DNA of 61,844 nucleotides, taken from assembly GCA_964650905.1 (NCBI GenBank), contig CAZYVH010000003.1, positions 18,230 to 80,073 on the forward strand, given 5' to 3'. Below, piece by piece: positions 58,125 to 61,844 of the stretch. Every line of letters begins with the position of its first letter. The first letter of the stretch is position 1. The notes under the pieces were generated by a model that was not told where the DNA came from, did not search any database, and saw only the letters and a list, made by a program, of their open reading frames with translations. Origin of the DNA: an uncultured Wenzhouxiangellaceae bacterium. GTDB lineage: Bacteria; Pseudomonadota; Gammaproteobacteria; Xanthomonadales; SZUA-36. A program made the position numbers and the translations under genes.

Positions 58125-59114
58125 TCAATCTCTATCAGCTTCCGGTATTACCCTGCTTGAATTCGCGTCCTCTGAATATTGCAATTCCAGCTTACGGATT
58201 TTCGTGAGCGACAATTCGCTCAATTGCCGGTTTTGAGATATCAGATCCGACAGTAAGCCTGCAATAAAAAAAATAAGACCTGCAGTCAGAAAAACACCTC
58301 CAAGGACAATTGACTGGATATTGCCCGACCCGTCACCAGACATGTATTTTATCAGAAACCGTAAAACCGGGATGATCCCCACAAACGACAGCAATGCCGA
58401 TATGTAGACAAAAAATCGTAAGGGGCGATACATAATGTACATACGCAACATGGTTACAAATTGCTTGATAACAAAGTGTGGAGTGCTTCGAAACAATCGG
58501 GATTCCCTGGTCTTTTTATTGGTACGGATGGGAACACTGACAATGTTCAGGCGCTTGTTGCCAGCCTGTATTATCATTTCAAGGGTGTAGCTGAATCTGG
58601 ATAAAATATTCAGCTTTAGGGCCGCCGACCTGGAAATGGCACGAAAACCAGACACTGCATCCGGTATTGAAACATCACTTAATCTGCTGGCAAAATAACT
58701 GCCAAACCATTGCAGTGATTTCTTTATCATACTGTTTTCATTCTTATATTTCAGCTGTCGATCGCCAATGACTATGTCCGCCTGACCCTGGATGATTGGT
58801 TTGATCAGTAAAGGAATGTCATGGCCGACATATTGTCCATCTCCATCTGTATTGACAATGATATCTGCACCAAGCTTGACGGCTTGGTCCAGGCCGGCCC
58901 GGAAGGCCCTGCCAAGTCCCTGGTTACATGTAAACGACAGAATATGTTCCACTCCGAGTTGTCTGGCCACCTCCACCGTTCTATCGCTACAGCCATCATC
59001 GATGAGCAGAATTTCAACAGTGTCTATGCCCGGTATTTTTCTGGGTATTTCCGCGAGCGTCGCTGGCAGGGTTGCTTCCTCATTTAAACAGGGGATCTGA
59101 ACGATCAGCTTCAT
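58125..59114 (-). CDS. Family 2 glycosyltransferase with C-terminal TM helices (polyprenyl-phosphate glycosyltransferase/GtrB-like)
   Basis: The N-terminus is MKLIVQIPCLNEEATL...LLIDDGCSDRT, followed by NTDGDGQY. Two C-terminal hydrophobic helices are present. Confidence 0.85.
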   Translation of the reverse strand: MKLIVQIPCLNEEATLPATLAEIPRKIPGIDTVEILLIDDGCSDRTVEVARQLGVEHILSFTCNQGLGRAFRAGLDQAVKLGADIIVNTDGDGQYVGHDIPLLIKPIIQGQADIVIGDRQLKYKNENSMIKKSLQWFGSYFASRLSDVSIPDAVSGFRAISRSAALKLNILSRFSYTLEMIIQAGNKRLNIVSVPIRTNKKTRESRLFRSTPHFVIKQFVTMLRMYIMYRPLRFFVYISALLSFVGIIPVLRFLIKYMSGDGSGNIQSIVLGGVFLTAGLIFFIAGLLSDLISQNRQLSELSLTKIRKLELQYSEDANSSRVIPEADRD

Positions 59115-59493
59115 GGTGATTACCTTACAACTGTCTGCGACTGAGGCGCGTTTCGAAAGAAGTTAATGGTATGGCGTTCTGACCCACCAGGACTGCCATA
59201 AGCAGGGTGATTTCTATTCGCGTATTGCGGCTTTGTGAATTCATGGCACCAGTTATCCGTTAAACCCTTTGAATGTTTTTTTACCTTTTTGATATTACCC
59301 TTGTAAAAATCCGGATAGCAATGCTGTCTAATTATTTTATCATCAGCTAAAATTTATCGGGAAAAATCTTCGTCTGAACCGGGATAGATATAGGATCGGG
59401 TACAAAGTGTAACTCAGGAGCTACTTGTAAAAGTGCCATTTATTTCAACTAACTCACATAAATGTGATGACACGCTATGCTGTCTGGTGTCAT

Positions 59494-60366
59494 ATGCGGG
59501 CTAAAGTATCCGTAATCATCCCCTGCCTGAATTCTCCACTAATATGCCGCGTGCTGGAGCACCTGGATAATCAGACGGCAAGTGAGGTCATTGACGAGAT
59601 TCTGGTTGTTGGACGCGACTCGACCGGCCAGGTAAAAACTGCAGCTAAAGTGCGGTACATCGACACCGGGAGTCCTGTTGGGTCCTCGGAAGCTCGAAAT
59701 ATTGGCATCAATAATTCAAGTAACCCGTTGTTGCTATTTCTGGATAGCGACTGCCTGCCACAGGCCGATTGCTTGCAAAAACACATTGAAGCACATGAGG
59801 CAGGTCACTGTATTGTGGGTGGTGGTATTCTGCCCTCCGGTGACAACTACTGGAGCCTGACCTATAACCTGGCATTGTTTCATGAATTCCTCAGTAATCT
59901 TCCCGCAAAACGCTGTGACTACCTGCCCACCTTGAATTTATCGATTCAAAAGGAGGTATTCGATCAGGTGGGTGTTTTCGACGAAAACCTGACCCGTGGC
60001 CAGGACATCGAGTGGACGCTACGTGCAAAAAAGGCGGGCCGGCAACCCTGTTTCTGGCCCGGGGCCGTTGTGCAACATATCCATTACCGCAATTCGCTGA
60101 GTCATGTATGGGATGACTGCGCCAGATCCGGTTATTTTATGAGGAGGGTTCGCCTGCAGAACAAAGCGTTGCTTTTTGCACCCTGGTGGTTGAAACACCG
60201 CCTGCTGATCCTGTTTTTTTCCCCACTTATTGCCACGGTGGTAACTGCACGCATTGTGCTAAAGAGCCCATCGGTGTTCCTGCGGTTCTGGTGTGTGCTT
60301 CCGGGTTTATTTCTGGCCAAGCTCGCCTGGTGTTGGGGTGCGGCGCAAAGACCCCTGAGTCCTTAG
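59494..60366 (+). CDS. Family 2 glycosyltransferase
   Basis: ATG at 59494 gives MRAKVSVIIPCLNSPLICRVLEHLDNQT. The DxD context is LFLDSDCLP. It has a hydrophobic C-terminal tail. Confidence 0.75.
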   Translation: MRAKVSVIIPCLNSPLICRVLEHLDNQTASEVIDEILVVGRDSTGQVKTAAKVRYIDTGSPVGSSEARNIGINNSSNPLLLFLDSDCLPQADCLQKHIEAHEAGHCIVGGGILPSGDNYWSLTYNLALFHEFLSNLPAKRCDYLPTLNLSIQKEVFDQVGVFDENLTRGQDIEWTLRAKKAGRQPCFWPGAVVQHIHYRNSLSHVWDDCARSGYFMRRVRLQNKALLFAPWWLKHRLLILFFSPLIATVVTARIVLKSPSVFLRFWCVLPGLFLAKLAWCWGAAQRPLSP

Positions 60367-60418
60367 GTTAGGACAGACAGATGCATGTCTTGGTGGTTAA
60401 TTCGAGTCACCCCGGTTT

Positions 60419-61654
60419 GTGTTGCTCAATCTGACCACTGATGACAAAAAAGGCAGCACTAAAATGGGAAAATCCGTACCCGTCATGAGTCCGATAACCA
60501 CAAAAGACCGGGGCTCTCAACTTTTTACGGTGAGCCTTCATTACTTAAGCCAGATGAGTCGGCTTGGACTAAATATTTTCCATCAATTTCCGGTAGATAC
60601 CATAAAGATTCTTATAGCAAGTGGCGCCAGTCTTGCTTGCCAGGCATTCAGCTTGGCGGCTCTTTACCTATACCTTCACGCCCTGGAGAACAATCAGGCC
60701 ATCTTTGGTTTTGCCTCCCGGGGCTCTTTGGCCTTGTTTGCAATGGTCGCCATCGTCACATTCATACTCCTCAATGGCTATGCCTTTTTGACGTATCGTG
60801 CAAGTACTGCAACGTTCAGTCTTTGCCGTCAGTACCAAAATGTGGGTGCCCAGGAGGCTATGTCACTGGCAAGCAAACTGCCGCACTGGTTTGTAGCCGA
60901 CAATGCGCAGCATATTTCTGTCAGGCACCTTAAACAATTGCTGGCCGTAGATGTCCACCACCGTAGCCGGCTGGCGCGTTTACTGCTGCAGACGATAATC
61001 CCCACGGCCCGATTGATCGTATGCACGGTAGCTTTGCTGCATATGAACCCGCAGTTTTCCGCGCTGGTAATGCTGGTTGTCGGGATACCGATTCTGAGGC
61101 TTTATTCAGTGGGTCAGAGAGTCGCGGATACCGTCACCACCCGGGAGGTCGCTTCTTCGTCCGTTTTCAAACAGCAGCAACAATTGCTGGACAAGAGTTG
61201 GAAATTTAAAGCACCTCTTTCGCAAAGAGAGATTGACTGGGAAGTTACCCTGGGGCAGCCGGATTCCAAATACCGGCAGTATTTCAGGCGGTTGAGAGCC
61301 AAAGCTTACGGCGTGTTTCTGATTGACGCGGCCAATGCCCTGGGTATCATGGTACTCGTGTTATCGCTCGGGTTCCTGGTAATGAGCGAGCAAAAAGAAA
61401 ACTGGAGCCTATGGCTGACTTACCTGGTCGCGCTAAGGTATTTTCTGTCCAGCATCAGCAGTATTTCTCAGTCAGTTGTCCGATCAACACGTTTTATGCG
61501 ACAAGCTCAGCGTTTCACGGTGTTTGTTTCGGCGGCAAACCACGCTGTGCAAAGTCTGGATTCACAAAATATTCCTTGTCCTAAGAACATTTGTGAGGCT
61601 TTCAAAGGTAATGTTGACCCGTCAATGACCGATGAAGAGTTCGATGACGATTAA
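60419..61654 (+). CDS. Polytopic membrane protein (ABC-exporter TMD-like, no ATPase domain seen)
   Basis: The ORF is 411 aa with about 5-6 hydrophobic helices. It lies downstream of the GT2 gene. The first codon of the ORF-track entry is TTG, so the true start may be an internal ATG. Any family assignment is tentative. Confidence 0.4.
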   Translation: MLLNLTTDDKKGSTKMGKSVPVMSPITTKDRGSQLFTVSLHYLSQMSRLGLNIFHQFPVDTIKILIASGASLACQAFSLAALYLYLHALENNQAIFGFASRGSLALFAMVAIVTFILLNGYAFLTYRASTATFSLCRQYQNVGAQEAMSLASKLPHWFVADNAQHISVRHLKQLLAVDVHHRSRLARLLLQTIIPTARLIVCTVALLHMNPQFSALVMLVVGIPILRLYSVGQRVADTVTTREVASSSVFKQQQQLLDKSWKFKAPLSQREIDWEVTLGQPDSKYRQYFRRLRAKAYGVFLIDAANALGIMVLVLSLGFLVMSEQKENWSLWLTYLVALRYFLSSISSISQSVVRSTRFMRQAQRFTVFVSAANHAVQSLDSQNIPCPKNICEAFKGNVDPSMTDEEFDDD

Positions 61655-61844
61655 CCCCTTCCCTCCAGCCGTAGCTACGGCTATGGCTCTCGGTCCAGCC
61701 CGGCGCTCAGCCGCACCTGTTCTGCGCCAGCTTCCGGGATGCTGGTGCAATATGCGGGTTAAACGGGCTGTGTGCAAAGTGTACCCCGGGATTGCTTCTA
61801 TACCCCGCTTCTCCAAATTCAGGGACCCTGGCAAGAGATCATAA

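Noticed and set aside
61622-61844. Two overlapping 70-aa ORFs on opposite strands at the right edge of the window.
   Set aside because: Neither has motifs or a ribosome-binding site. The region may be non-coding or the tail of a gene that extends beyond the window.

Overview
This 61.8-kb segment looks chromosomal and probably gammaproteobacterial. That call is an inference from synteny: hflD-mnmA, clpS-clpA next to infA, and a tRNA-Gly/tRNA-Cys pair. No rRNA genes, CRISPR arrays, integrases or transposases were seen.

Housekeeping blocks:
- A complete propionyl-CoA to succinyl-CoA operon (mutase, pccB, pccA, meaB, epimerase) at 1-7.3 kb.
- pilZ, dinB, fadD, acnA, hflD-mnmA, clpS-clpA, infA and uup.
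- Three tRNAs: Gly-GCC, Cys-GCA and Ala-CGC.
- A TPP-enzyme/FAD-oxidase gene pair.

Accessory blocks:
1. A surface-polymer cluster at 15.3-23.2 kb. It encodes TagF-like, metallophosphoesterase, nucleotidyltransferase, MmgE/PrpD-like, GT2, sulfotransferase-like and flippase proteins.
2. A block of about 15 kb between tRNA-Cys and the TPP-enzyme gene (32.1-47.1 kb) with no housekeeping assignments.
3. A DUF2868-like/GTPase pair, two tandem hexaheme c-type cytochromes, and a second glycosyltransferase cluster at 52-61.7 kb.

The strongest candidate for an undescribed system is at 35.6-47.1 kb. It is a tightly coupled seven-gene minus-strand operon plus a divergent gene:
- Two paralogous proteins that combine a MotB/ExbD-like Asp-bearing transmembrane helix, a coiled coil and a vWA domain.
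- A stand-alone FHA protein.
- A MotA/TolQ/ExbB-type channel protein.
- A degenerate trypsin-like, TM, FHA protein.
- A Ser/Thr kinase, TM, FGE-sulfatase-like protein.
- A secreted Ser/Glu/Gln-rich repeat protein.
- A divergent exported TPR-CHAT protein.

The kinase and both FHA domains keep their canonical residues. The trypsin-like, FGE-like and CHAT modules all appear to lack theirs.

A family of structured MITE/ERIC-like intergenic repeats has three copies: one between dinB and fadD, and two flanking a hypothetical gene beside the cluster.

All calls come from reading the ORF translations and the DNA by eye. No database searches were run.
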